A stretch of DNA of 64,000 nucleotides, from positions 7,068,001-7,132,000 of the forward strand of contig CM106585.1 of NCBI GenBank assembly GCA_048013815.1. Reading direction: 5' to 3'. Positions 27,496-41,024 of this stretch are shown piece after piece (the first letter of the stretch is position 1; each line of letters starts with the position of its first letter). Source of the DNA: Setoptus koraiensis. Its lineage: Eukaryota; Animalia; Arthropoda. Position numbers and translations under genes: made by a program. The notes beneath the pieces were generated by a model. The model was not told the origin of the DNA. It saw nothing but the letters and a program-made list of their open reading frames with translations, and searched no databases.

Positions 27496-27737
27496 ATGAA
27501 GTTTTCGCGCTGAAATTGTTGCTCCTTGAGAAAGACTTTGTGCAATATTTTGCGCTCCTCTTCTGTTAGGTGTGCCGTCGCATCAGAACTGATCGGGTGA
27601 CCCGCGGGCACACCGGCACCGGCTGCCGCCGTGCCGGCCGCACCCGATGTCGACGAGGCGCCCGACAGAACCGACGACGACAGGCTGGCCATGACCTTCG
27701 ACGACGACGAGGCCACCTTCTTTTTCAGTCGATCCAT
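27496..27737 (-). CDS. First coding exon of a presynaptic or Rab-effector-like protein (RIM/rabphilin/synaptotagmin-like-type N-terminal helix)
   Basis: ATG at 27737 gives MDRLKKKVASSSSKVMASLSSSVLSG…DATAHLTEEERKILHKVFLKEQQFQRENF. The HLTEEERKI..V....Q motif matches the 'DLSHLTEEERKII.V..R' Rab-binding helix of RIM/rabphilin/Slp proteins. The exon ends at a perfect GTAAGT donor (27495-27490, phase 2). No zinc-finger exon was identified downstream, so the orthology is unresolved. Confidence 0.65.
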
Positions 27738-30700
27738 ATTCTTCTTTTGTGTTTACTATTTATCTTTTGTATTTTGCAACTGCTTGCCAGTCACACTTTT
27801 GCACTTGATGGCTCCACTATGTTGGCTGTTCTGGGGCGATGCTGGTCAGTTTTGGCAATTGAAATGAATGACTTGAAATGAATTGTGTCTCTTGAACGAG
27901 CGACGCAGCGTAAGACTTTGCCGGCGTAATTTTGGGCCCGTGAGGTGACGCGTTGTCGGCATGAAGGTGACGCAATGAAAACGGTTAGTCAGTTAGTTAC
28001 TAATTATTGCTACTAATTGATTACAAATCACAGACTTCTAACAATTAATTTGAGTTAATACAAGGTTTGATTTCGTTTCACGTTGACTACCGGCTCACTT
28101 TATTACGAAATGATCAAACGAAACGATCGAGTGAACATCCAGTTGACAAGACGACCGGCCGCAATGTTGATAGTTGCAATAGCGTCTCTTGATTAATCTT
28201 GTAATCTTCTCTAATTGATCTACTCTATTGGTTGTTGGCCTCATTTGGCTGTCGTTTAGTTACACTTGGTGTAATTTGGCGCCACTGGCTTGCTCATTAG
28301 TGCGCAACACGTTCCACTCACCAGAAGACCAATTTCAATTTCAAGTGTTCACTTGTGGCCATAACGTTGTCAAACAGTTGCTGTCACAGATAATTGCATA
28401 CAAGCTAATAATCAATGTATCAAGCTTGTTACTTGGTTACATAATTGTGCTTGCATCATCGGTTGGCCGCTTTGTTGCTTGCGTTTGCTTTGTTGCTGCA
28501 ATTTTTTCACCGCTTAATTGGATAATTGTAACAAAAATATACACATAATAACAATAACAACAACTTGTAACAGCGGCTGACAGATGACGACAATGGGACA
28601 ATAAGTTTCAACATGGTTTCAGCTCACTAACAACACAAAACTAAACAGTTGCTCTATGTATAATCTTGGACGATAGTTTGTCATTGTAAACTTGCCGCGG
28701 TACAAATGAACATTTCCAAGCGACGCCAGCCAGCCAGCGAAATAGCGATCGAAACAGGGCAAAGTTGCCGCCAACGGGGGCCCCACAAGCACAAATCTAG
28801 CCAGCCAGACAGACAGACTGATTAACACATCGGCGCATGTGCACCATGCGCCCGCTTGCAATCACGCACATGCGCCCAATTTTCACTTTGTCCGGCCCCA
28901 TTTAATTTTGTGTGCATGTGCATGTGCGTGTGCTTGTGCGTGTACGTGTTTGCATCCGATTCAATCAAAGTGCTATCATTCAAAAGGGGGCCTCAAATAA
29001 TGTCAAAAAAGAGAAACAGTTACGGTGTTATTTTGTGCGAAACTTTGTTAGAGAGCGCTGCGCGGTCATGCACACTGATCACTGCATAATTATCTGTCGG
29101 GTCGCCCCTCTAGTGGCCAGTTTCACATCGTTTCTATCGTTTCGTTCGTGAGTAATTAGCGCTGTCGGCACAGATTGTTGGCACTATATTAAGAATAGAA
29201 GAAGAGTCAATATAAAATTATTTTTAGAACAACTATATTTAGACAAAAGACAAAAAGAAGAACCGGAAGTGGCCATGATTAAATTAAACTTTCTATTGTT
29301 GGATTTGTGCGCAGGCCGGCTCACAAACACAATCGGTTGTGACATGAGCGAACAACGTGAGAATGGAGCGCCCCCTTGTTCAGGTTAAGTCGCTTGGAAC
29401 TGATCGGGCAGACTTAAAATAAGCGAGCCAGGACAAAGAAAACAGAGTAAATAATAAAAAGATTTTGTGTGTAAACAGAATCGATCCATTTATAGCGAAT
29501 GACAATGCCACTGTAGTGTATTATTTTAGATTATTTTCTTTTTCTTTCGTTTCGCGCACAACAATGGCCCCACTAACGATCACTCTCTTTGGATGTCACT
29601 AGCACTTCCGGTGCGCTCTGGCGGCAATATTTCGCCACTAATCGCAGCTAACCGCTGATAGTGGGCTGGAGTTAAGCGAACATGGCGATTTGTGGCTCAC
29701 ACTTGGCAAATTCGCTTGCCTTCAGCTTGATGTCACGTTAGTGCGCAAATCGCTTCTTGTGACTTGTCATAGATTGGTCTCATTTGTTGGTTCATTGTTG
29801 CAATTATTGCGAGCACAATAATTTAATATAAGCAAATTTATAACGAGCTTTGCCAGTTAGAAATCGCAGATGGCCGCTAGGCGAATTCACGGCAACAGTG
29901 GGTGCTAAATAAATTTAAATTTGCATTTTTTCAAGGGGATTCCGCTCAGAAAAACAGCAAAAACTAGCTGGATATTTCGCCAGAACAACAGCCGAACGTA
30001 TCCAGCTAATTTATTTCACCATTGGGCGACATGCTATCGAAGCTGCACGAACATAAAATAATATCTCTGGCGAGTAAGTGGGACGATATTTTGTGCTGTA
30101 TGCTGGGGCCACTCAATTAAGCGCGCATGAAAATGGCTGACCTCGGCGACAATTTTCCAGGGCGCCGCCGGTTGCTCGTTTGGAAGCTGACACGCTCGTG
30201 CATAGCAAATGCATTTAAATTTGAATAACCTGAATTGTCATCCAACAAGCGATACCAACAATCGCGCTGCTCGAGCCGACCGAAGCCCGACTTTTTCGCC
30301 CAACTTTTCATGGCCCAACGAGGCGGCGCTTTATTCACTAGTCGCCACTGTGCCACCATGATGGGTGCGTATCTGGTTTTTCGGGGGCCCCAAAAGCCCC
30401 ACTTTGCCCCCAAAAGCGGTGCCAGAGTGGGGCTGCTTGCATCTTTGCGCGAGCGCTGCCAATTGCTCCTTCAGCTCGAACTTGGGGCCGCTCTTCAAAT
30501 CCAAACTGCTGCCCGATGGCGCAATGCACCGGCGCCGCCACGAGCGAAATGTCACCCAACAACCGATCAGGTCATGCACACTCTAATTTGGGTCGGCCTC
30601 GCTGGCAAGCCAAGTTGTCGCTTGATTTCGCCAGCCAGTCTATATATCGCCAGGCTATTCGCTCGAGCCACTGACGATATTGGTGGCGCGATATTGATGG

Positions 30701-30991
30701 CGCCACACAGCAACTGTATCACGCCGTTGCAATTGACGAACACAACCAACGAGGCTATCGTTGGTTGTGTTCGTCGCTATCGTTCGCCGGAAAAAAGAAA
30801 CGAACCGAAATAGAGCTGAAAATAAATAATGAATATGAAAAACCCTGGGGATTTTCGCAGAATCGCTCCTGATCCGCGGGCGCCGAATCGGGCGCGCAGT
30901 GATAATGACTACTTAATAATAACGCAATCCCGCGTCCCCGCCGGCAAGCTCTCTAATGGTGGCGCCGGCCGAAAACTGTGTGCCGCCGAAA

Positions 30992-31050
30992 ACGGCTCAC
31001 CTAGCCTCACCCGGCCTCACATGGCCTCATTCAGTCTCGTCTGGCCTCAC
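30992..31050 (+). repeat. Degenerate 10-bp array NNGGCCTCA(C/T), ~6 units
   Basis: ctagcctcac ccggcctcac atggcctcat tcagtctcgt ctggcctcac. Confidence 0.7.
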
Positions 31051-31380
31051 CGGTGGCAGCGTTTGTGTGAGGTGGGCGCCCTAAAAAACGGCGGCCGCTG
31101 CTTTTTCCGGCGAAATTTTGGCCCGAATAACTCAATTTTCCGATCGATGCCATTAATTGTATGCTCTAGCGATCGCGTATAAATTTGGTGTCAATATAAT
31201 CTCGAGGTCGCAGTTAATAAGTAATAAAAATAGTTATGCACGATGATTGCGCTCTCATTATTGTTGTTATCACGGCCGAGGGTGATTGCGTAAGTAAGTT
31301 GGTGGCGGTGACGAGAAGTGTTGGGAAGACTTGGGCCAGACATTGGCGCCATCTACGACTCAATTTATACACTTGCTTAC

Positions 31381-31432
31381 CTGGGTATGTTAGGAGCGGG
31401 GGAGCCCAGCTAACAGCAATGGGGCCAGTCAG
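31381..31432 (-). other. Candidate 52-nt exon, possibly 5' UTR of the 27.7-kb gene
   Basis: Acceptor ctctcccctgcttgtgccag and donor CAG|GTAAGC at 31380. Confidence 0.2.
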
Positions 31433-32750
31433 CTGGCACAAGCAGGGGAGAGGGTATACAAACAACACATCATACTGGCAGTGCGCTAACAGTGGCAGCA
31501 TAAGTGGGCCCACTCTTGTGGCGCTGGGGGAGGCGCTCGTACATTGTTGTTGTTGTCATCCTATTAACAACAAGAGGCCAACAACAGCGCCGGCATTAGA
31601 ACAGATATTTGCGCTTGTGTGATGTATTGGCGGGGATTATTTACAAACAACACAAATAACAACAGTAGACAGGTGCATTGCTGGTGTTGACGCTTAGCTG
31701 AGAAATAAGCTAAGCTCGCGTTAATAATTTGCGCGCCAGCGATGGGGGGGGGGAGGGATGAGTGTTTGTGTGATATGCAAGTTGCCGTTACATAATGCCA
31801 CTGTTGTCGTCTATAAATACACCTGTCCGCCGTGTTGGCCCGTGTTCGCACACCTTAATATATCAACTGGGCGCTGCTTTGGGCTTAGCTTAGCGTGTTA
31901 GCGGCACAGAATGGGGCACATTTGCCGCTGGTTAGTCAAATAGAAAAGCGCAGTGCAGCCAGCGACAAATTATCCCGGCCACACTGTGCCGGCCGGGCCC
32001 CCATTCTGTGGCACAGGCTCACCTGAGAGTTGTTGTCGTTGTTGTTATCAGTGTCGATGTCGGTGTCGCGCGGTTGATGCTGACGCAATGTTGTCGCAAT
32101 GCAATGGAACATGGTGCCACAATTAGGTTAGTTTGGCTTGGCAAATGTATATGCATCAACTGCTGCTGCTGCTGCTGGCACACAGGTAAATCCGTGCACG
32201 GACGACAGGGGCGCGCTCGCGTTTGCACATTTGGCATTCATAAAATAGTGTCGCTCCGTCGGAACTGGCCACATCCTTTTGGCTGTTCCCATAAACACAC
32301 AATTTGTACTTGTGTTGCACCTCAGTCAAGGCCATCTGGCTGTTGGATGTAACTGTACAAGTTATATAACTGGCCCCAGACAGCGTGACGCCCACGCAAC
32401 GCCGACAGTTGGCCTATGCGCGCTGCGCGGGGTCACTATGCGAGCTGATCTAATAATCATCTAGTGCCATTGTTACACCTGATCATTCTTCTCGCTCGCT
32501 CTCGGCCTGGCCACCGTTCGATTAACCGTAACCATAGCGCACCAACTGGACAGCTCGCCCACTCACTCGCTGGCCAGGCGAGCCGGCTGAGCAGGTTGAG
32601 CTGACACTGAAAAGGCCAAAGACGAGACACCTACATCCAACAACCGGTATCCGGTCGACGGGGGCCCGCATGCCAGCCACCTGCCGGCCAAAGTTGTCAA
32701 CTCAGACTCGTTAGTTGCTCACTTGGTCGCCAGCAGCGTTTGATTGATTT

Positions 32751-32836
32751 GTTGGTGTTGTTGTCGTTGTTGTTGTTGTCGTTGTCGTTGTTGTCGTTGT
32801 TGTTGTTGTCGTTGTTGTTGTTGTCTCTGTTGTTGC
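32751..32836 (+). repeat. (GTT/GTC)n microsatellite
   Basis: Read directly. Confidence 0.9.
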
Positions 32837-35800
32837 TGGCGAGCAACAAATCAACTGCTAACGAGCAACTAGGAAAGCCCCTCATGGTGGCCGCATTATG
32901 GTGGCACTTGTAGGGTGCCAACACTGTGCGCCGGTACAACAACAATTGCTAGCTGACTTTTAACCGATGAGTTAATCGATGCTGACCGAGCCAACTGGGC
33001 CGCTGCCGCCGCCCACCCATGGCCCACGCAATCCAGCCACACCGAGCCGCATTCAGCTTGTGCGAGGGCCTCAATGGGGCCCCGTCGTCCAGATTCATGG
33101 GCTGTTCCATTGTTGTGCGCGGGTTTGTTGTAGTTGTGGGTTGCACAGTTGCAGTTGCAATTATTATGGTTAGCCACTATTTCTCTAAAATAGATAGCAA
33201 TTGCAGTGCAGCAATTACTTAATTGCTTTGGCGGCTTCGTTTGCACGAGCAAACGACAAGTGCGCTCGCACTCGACTGATTTCTGCACTGCGCACCCTGG
33301 CGGCCAGCTTACATGGCTTGGCAAGGTGGGGCCCGGCTAGTTGTGGCGGTGGCACAAAATGGTGGTTGTGTAGTGGCACACAAATAACGGCCTTACATAA
33401 TGGAGATGCGAGCATGTCATGAGGCACCCGAAACAATTCAATCGAATGGCCCGCGCCCGTCGCCGATTGCGGCCAATTGCGGGCCAGTTCAATTTGAGTG
33501 ATTATACCTCGGCTCCGAGCGGGCAACAACAGAGGTATAATTGCTCAAATAACAACAACAACAACAGTGAGCGAGCGATACCTTAAATATGACGAAAATC
33601 CACGTTGATTCCGCAGTGCAATTGCAATTATTGAAACCACTGGATTTGTGATCCGGCCGCCGGTTGCAATAAGCGCCAGCAACAACAAAGCGATACGGCC
33701 ATGGGGCCACTTGGAATGCGCTCTAAAGCGATTGATTTTAATTCAATTTGATTGCACTGGCTCACTTGTCATTGTTGCGGGGCCTCATTGTGGCCATTGC
33801 GGCGCAGTGTGGCGCCCACGGCGGGCACGGCGCGCATCTACGGAGCAATTGTGTGGCAACAACCGTTTCTACATTGCGCACACCACGATACATTTGTCGA
33901 CAAAGCGAGCATTTTGTCGGGGATAAAACGCACACAATCATTGTAGTTACTCTGGCCGGTTTATTTTCAAGCGGCGGCGCACCGTGATCCGTGATTGCAG
34001 ACGCACAATTATGGCCGGCCGGCCCGCCGATCACTCATCTGGCTCGCGATGGAGTCTATTGAATGCGCTGGCCCCCGCGCTGGCCAGCCAGTCTATTGAA
34101 TGAGTCAGTGAGCCGGGCCCGTGGTGTCCGCTGCGTGCCAGTTGCCCGCGGATCTTGCCGGCGCGGCAATCACATCGAGGCCGGTCACGGTCGGCGGCAC
34201 CGCACACAATCAACCCTGTGCCTTGTTGCAACTTACAACTGATTGGCAAGACTTGGGCGTGCGGCAGCGCCGGGCCGTAGCCGAGCGCCAGCTCGCTCGA
34301 CGGGCCCCGCGAAAGAGCCGAGCCGACCGCCGCGCCGCTCAAAGCGCGCACCAAAAGCGGCCCGGTCAAACTGAGGGCCAGAAGTGAATTAGTGGCAACG
34401 TGAGCGACCCTTTGTTTGTTTATCCGATTGGCGCCATTCCAACATTCCGGCCATTTGCGGCCACATTTCGTCTACATTCCGTGCGCATTTTGCGCGGCAT
34501 TTCCACTGCCGCCATTCGTCTATTTCAGTTGTGGGCAGGCAGCGGCCGGGAATGTAGCGGGCCGCTCGCTCTGTCTGGCCGGGTGTGCCCGACTGAGCCG
34601 GCCAGACCGGGCCCGTCGGGCTCACAAAGCGCCGGCCAACCTGGGCGCCGCTGCACGTCGCTTCGCCGTGCGTCCGCCGCCACTCCATCAAAGGCAATCG
34701 AGACAGCCATGAAATCGGTGAGCCGTACGTGGAATTCATTATGATACAAATGATGACGGCCAGCGAGCAGGCCGGCCAACCGGGGCCCACGGGCAAACCG
34801 TCCCCATCGAGGGCGCCATCTACGGCCAAGACGCCATTTGTCATCATTACACGCAACATTTGATTTGGTCCCAACGAGTGTATTTATAAATGAATCCAGA
34901 TTATATCTATATATCCGCTGCATGTGGATACAAGCGGATACATGGCTCGGGTGTGCCGTATATATATAGAGTGTGCATCGTCTCTGGCCGACGATATATA
35001 TAAATGTCGGCCAAAAATATATATATCGGGCTGCACACCAATCTGGGCGATAAGTTGCGCGCCAATCGATAATAATGTATGCTTTGTCGTCCCGTCGGCG
35101 CTTCCTTCCAACTGGCTAGATCGATGTGAATCGGCAGCGAGAGCGGAGAAAGTCTCCAAGTCGAGAGTAAAGAGTCGAGACGAGGGTCAGCGAGCTGGAC
35201 ACAATGGCCCCTCGGCGGACGTGTGCGCATTGATGGCTCGCCCGGTGTGTCGATGCAATTCTTTGGGGCGCTCAAGTCGGCCATTCATTGCAGCTCAACA
35301 CTGTCTAATGTGGAAAGATATCGCAGTTGAATAGAAGAGTGAGATGCCGGCATATAACGGGAAGGGGCCCCAGCTAGCGAGAAACTGTCCCCTATTCTTG
35401 ATAAGCTCGCTAGAGTGAAAGGAGAGCAAGTGAAAGTTAGCGAGAGAGTAAGCGAAAACAACTAGACAATCTGGGCACCTTGAGCTCGCCAAGGTGCCCA
35501 ACAACCGCCAGCGAGCAACCAACAATGGCCAACATGGCGCCCATCATCAATCATCGGCGTGCCCGCGCGCCAGGTGGCGCCACCATTGACTTGAATTGGT
35601 TCATCATCGATTAATGCCAGGCCAGAAATGGGCGCCCATCATTTGCAGCCGATCATTGGCCCGATTTAGATTGGCCCGATTTAGATTGGGTAGCTTTTGT
35701 GCGCGACTCGGTGTGTCGTTGTCGTGCTGTTGTTGTCGTCGCAAAGTTTTATGAAACGACATTGATGGCTCACGTAGCGACTCGTGAGTAAACTTGTCGC

Positions 35801-37290
35801 TACTTTATAAGCTTGCCACTTTATATCTCACAACGTCAGTGGATTGATTCAATTGTGGCCCTTGGAACAATCCATCAAGTTGTCATGAATGTTGTCGCAT
35901 GTTTGATTTCGCCACTTTGTCTGGTCTCAACAGCGCGCACTTGTCACACTGTCGCCATTGTCGGGCCCCCGCATCTAATTGTCATTTTAGTCACACAGAC
36001 ACGCTCACTCGCACCGCCGACTGGATTAATTACAGTGATTATTTGCATGCATTAATTATTAATTAGGCCCTAATTAGTGCGACCACGTGCGCAAGAGCGC
36101 ATGCATGTTGCACCAGCGACACAGTTGGTTTATTATAGCGGCGGTGGTGCTGTATTCACGCGTGGATATTTACAGGTAGACAGGTGAGGTGAGATCGCTA
36201 TGGGTGGCTGTTGCCCCCAAAATTAAATTAAAATTGCAAAAATTAACTGGAGCCCAGGTAAAGGCGAATCGAAGCAGTGGATGTTGGTTGTTGAGGTGAG
36301 TCTTTGGATTTACACAATGCGCATTTAGCAATGTGATCAGTGGTCAATGAATATATTGATATCTTGGCATTTATGTTTATGTTTTGTGGCCACAACGGCA
36401 CAAATCGGCGCCACTGTCAACGCCGAGTTGGCAAGCAAAGTTTTCCACTGTAACAATGGCAAGATTAAGGTGCGATGACAAGGTCAGGCCAGAAAACGCG
36501 TTGGCGCTCGCGGCCTGCATTACGGGGGCCCCATTTGAATAAATAAATAATCAATCGAAACATTTCGTCAGAACAGTAAAATGTTATATGTTTCGGCCTC
36601 GAATTTTGTGCGTTGTTGTATGCACAGTTGTTGCAACAACAATGACATATTAAAATTGTATTAGGATATTAGAACAATAACAACAATAATACACCAACTA
36701 GGCAAATGATACCTGCACGGGCCAACTGTTACTGTGCCCACTGCGCCCTCTCTAGGGCGCACAACGACATACTAACAAGCTCGAAAATTGAATAGCAGCT
36801 CGCCAGAGAGCTTGCCAATAAATGTGTTTGCTTTTGATTGTGACATATGATACAAGGAGAGATATGTCTATACATGTATCATATGGTTGGTGTTGTTGTG
36901 AGTGCTTGCGTTTGACATACGATGACGTCAGGCAATTAGACACACACACATATGATGATTATGCATGGGCTAGCTAGAGTTGCGCAACTAGCTGCACTGA
37001 CAGAGAGTGCGTATGTAACAATCGGCTGTATTGGATATGGCGGCTAGTAGGTATAATATTACATGTAATACATGTGTGTCAATGTTGCTGTTGCTCGAGA
37101 ATGGTCGAGAATTGTCGACGGCAACATTGAGAGAATTGCATCGCAAATGACGATGATACTAATGCGGCGACATTTGCCTCGTCGCTGCAACAGCAACAGC
37201 AGCGGCACACTATGCTCCCAAAAGCGACAGTCAGCTGGTTACAGGTGCCTGTCAGCCACTGGTCGCTATTGGATGCCACCGTGTGCAGTT

Positions 37291-37352
37291 TGACAGTTCG
37301 TCTGACACTGTCAGACTGACAGTGCGCTTGACAGTGCGCTCGACAGTGCGCA
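37291..37352 (+). repeat. TGACAG cluster including a 12-bp repeat (TGACAGTGCGCT)x3
   Basis: TGACAG at 37291, 37317 and 37329, CGACAG at 37341, and the palindrome TCTGACA-C-TGTCAGA at 37301-37315. Confidence 0.75.
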
Positions 37353-37941
37353 AACCGTGAGCGACGGCCGCGACAACAACTCTGCAATTAGCCACAAGCA
37401 GATATAGTTATAGCGTCTAGTTATAGCAGCTGACATGGCAACTAGTCACAGTAACCAGTGGCCAACTGACAGATAGCAACAGACGGGACGATTGTGCGGC
37501 CAGTGGTTGCGCAATCGCATTTTGGCCCGGCGTCTCACAAGCAGCGCTGTCAGCAGCGTTTATCTGTGCGTGTTTTATGTTTGTCGTCATGGTTATGCCA
37601 TCATTTAATTACAACAAGCAGCAACAGTGACGCTGCGAAAGTCATCGCGCTGTCATTGGCGAACTGGCCGCCGTCAGCTGTTGCCAGCTACACACTTACG
37701 TAATGACGCCAACTGACATGGGCCGAAACAAGTGAAAAGCAGCACACAATTTGTGGCTGTTTGTTGCTCGCTTACAACGCCAGGCGTCAGCGTTGGCTAG
37801 TTAGCCAGCGCAACTGACAATCAACAGTTGCCAATGAATAGTTGCCACTGAACAGTTGCAATTGAACAGTTGAGCGGGCCAGCCAACAGGCGGCATCATC
37901 GGGCGGCTCACCTGTCAGTGTGTCGTGGAGCAGCCTGCGAT

Positions 37942-37987
37942 GAGATGAGCATGAGACAGAGATGAGCATGAGACAGAGATGAGCATG
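37942..37987 (+). repeat. 17-bp repeat (GAGATGAGCATGAGACA)x2.7
   Basis: Read directly. Confidence 0.85.
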
Positions 37988-38785
37988 TATTGCGTAACAT
38001 TGATTATGTAACACACACAAACACACAATATGAAGATGGCGGCAATTGCCAACGAGACGAGCGACTGTCGCTCTCTCACGGGCTTGTTACAAGTTTGAGT
38101 TACTATTATACAAGTTGCGTAACAGCAGCCAGCAACACACACACTGCGATGGCCACAAAACGCATGATTGAGGCTGCTTAACAGGTGCTAATGACGGCCA
38201 TTCATTCTGCATTTAACTGGCCATAAGTAAGCGATTACGTAATGGCATGGCAGCCGATGCAGACGCAAGACAGGTGAGTTACACACACAAGTTAGTGTTT
38301 GTGTTGGTGTGCGCAACACAAACACAGCGAGCGTCGTCTCGTCTACTTGATGCGACCAACAAGACGACCAGCTTGTTGTGATGAGCTGATACAGCGAGCC
38401 CAACTGACTCGCATGTATGAGTGATGCCAATGAACGGTCGTCGCAAGCATGGATCAAAACTGGATAAACGGCTAACAGAGACGATAGCGGCCAACGAGAA
38501 GCGAAAACTAATTTGAGTTTGAGCTCGCAAACGAATGCCAATGCAAACTCGAACGACACAGCCCCGAGGAAGCGCTCAATTGGCTCCATTCGAACCGATT
38601 GCTGGTTGTATCGCTTAACATTGGATTGATTGTGCTGTGCTCGGCTTGCGCAGCGCAATATCCAATGGATATTATCCAATGGCAAATCATAAAGAGCGCC
38701 TATACATACATGCCCGCCTGTACCCATTGTGCTCGCGATCTGGCCGGCCCGGCTCGCACACACTCTTACAACTGTTGGCGGCCAC

Positions 38786-38786
<1 letters not shown>

Positions 38787-38822
<36 letters not shown>
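38787..38822 (+). repeat. (AC)18 microsatellite
   Basis: Perfect dinucleotide run. Confidence 0.97.
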
Positions 38823-38823
<1 letters not shown>

Positions 38824-39243
38824 ATGATACTGCATGTAACGCACACGGCCAGCCAGCAACAATAAACAGGTAGCTACAGGTGCAAGTGCTTGTTTTTGCC
38901 GCTCGCCGTCTTGCTGGCTCGGTGGTTGTTGGCTGTTCCAGATAAGTTGCATGTTTATTGATGTATCACTGGCTGCTGATGCGCAAGTTACAGTTGCAAC
39001 AGCAACGGCAACAACAACAGCGACGACGGCAACAACAACAGCGACGGAGGCAACAAGTGCAGCAACGGAGTGGCTGGGAAAAGCGCTCTCAATGATCACG
39101 CTCACTGTTATTGTTGTTGGCGTCATTGTTATTTGGCCCTATCAACATGGGCTCGGTTGCGCAACTTGGCCAACTTGCCGCTCACCTGGCCGCTCGCCGT
39201 CAACTGTCGGCTGTTGCCCGCAAGCGCAGCCCAAGACGAGGAA

Positions 39244-39318
39244 GAAGCGACAGGCCGAAAGAAGCGGCAAGCCGAAAGAAGCGACAGGGCGAACGGAGCG
39301 ACAAGCCGAAAGAAGCGA
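39244..39318 (+). repeat. 17-bp array GAAGCGACA(A/G)GCCGAAA, 4.4 units
   Basis: Units start at 39244, 39261, 39278 and 39295. Confidence 0.85.
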
Positions 39319-39560
39319 GAGCGGCGCCCATGCTGAGCGGCCGCTAGCGACAGTGGAAAACAATCGAATCGAAACCTGTTGCAATCAAACGGGTTTCGCA
39401 CAGGCCACAGGCAACCCGTTGCAGCCGAAACTGTCACTGGCAGGCAAACGTCAAGTGGGTGGCCGAGCCAGTGGCGCCCGCAAACAGCTGACTGCAGGCT
39501 GATGCGACATGTGCCAATTGACAGTTGACAGTTGATTGTGGCGCTCGGCGAGTCTCGCAA

Positions 39561-39632
39561 CGACGACACCGACGACACCGACGACACCGACGACACCGAC
39601 GACACCGACAACGGCGACAACGACGACGGCGA
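39561..39632 (+). repeat. 9-bp array (CGACGACAC)x5 plus a degenerate tail
   Basis: Read directly. Confidence 0.9.
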
Positions 39633-39699
39633 CCAAATGGAATGACGCAATGAGCCAAGATGAGCGATTGCGAGCATTTCGCAAGCTGTGTGCCGCTGC

Positions 39700-39805
39700 A
39701 TTGACAGTGGAGCGAATTGACAGCTGATCGAAATGACAGCTGATCGCATCGACAGTTGATCGAATTGACAGTTGATAGAATTGACAGCTGATCAAATTGA
39801 CAATC
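39700..39805 (+). repeat. 16-bp array GAATTGACAG(C/T)TGATC, 7 units
   Basis: TGACAG or a variant at 39702, 39718, 39734, 39750, 39766, 39782 and 39798 (exact 16-bp period). Confidence 0.9.
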
Positions 39806-41024
39806 AATACCACTGGGACCAACTGTCAGTGTGGCCGCTGCTGTGCCGCTATCTTGGCGCTGTTGTGCGCTTTGCAGGGCGTCACAATGCGCGCACACAC
39901 ACACATCAGTTTATGAGTGATGATTTCAGATCAGTGTGCACACACAACGGCACTAATAAAGTGCCAATAAAGCACCGGTAAAGCACTAATGAAATAATGA
40001 TAAAGTAATGATAATAAAGCAATGATAATAAAGGCTTGATTAATTTGTGACGCAATAATTCCACTACGTCATGGTGGCGCTGATGTGTTAGTCATCGCAG
40101 TCGACGTCACGCCAGCGCACACCGTTTACCGTTGCATGCGCCGACATGCAACTAGTTTAACGGGAATTCATTTCATCGAGTGCCAGCCATCGGATAATCC
40201 GGCCGGCGGCAGCCATTGCTTGCCGGCGCGAAATGCGCGCCCGTCAAAGTGAAAGCTCACGTCAGCGGCACCATCGACCGATAAGGATATTACAATGTAA
40301 GGCTGCAATGTAAGGCTGAAATATGCGCAAGCTGACGCTGTTGGCGCAGCGCCGTTTTCAGCCAGCCAGTCGCCAGTCAGTCAGTGAGCCAGCCAGCCGC
40401 CATTCAGTGAGCCAGCCGCCAGTCAGTGAGCCAGCCAGGCCGAGCGAGTGACGCAACAAATATACAAACAAGCAGAGGGCAGATATACGTTACGCAAGCA
40501 GCGCTATACGAGATATGCAAGGATATGCGCAAAATTGTCGCTCGCAATTGTCAGTGTGTGTCGGGTTTTTCCAGTGGCACACAGGCAAACAAGGCCACGC
40601 ATATGCTGCCTGGTGCATGTATGAACATGGGGGCAGACTTTTCCTTTTTTGCAAACTCACTCACTAAACTCACTTGCGTTAGCATCTTGCGTTTGGCGTC
40701 GCCGGAGTAGAGCGAAAATTGCAAATTTGAACAATATTTGAATATTTGAATAGTTGCATAATTGCACTTGCCGCTCATTAGCTACATTGCGCATATACTG
40801 TGCCAGATATGATTGAATTGTCGCTGTTGCCGATGGCTGCCGATCTTGTGAGGGGCGTCTTGCGGGCCGCTCACGTAAGTGTCGTCGAGTAACGGGCTTT
40901 ATTTGTCGCTTTGGCTGTCAGTGTGGCTCGACTCGGAGGCGGCGAGTGCAGCATCCCGGCACTCGCAGCAAACATACGGCTACGATTTGTTGCAACAACA
41001 ATTTGTTTGTCACTGCTCCGATCC

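Noticed and set aside
30031-30228. Two-exon 36-aa micro-ORF (MLSKLHEHKIISLA/RRRRLLVWK…) with an 87-nt GT-AG intron
   Set aside because: The splice signals are plausible but the product is tiny and unrecognisable; not supportable without RNA data.
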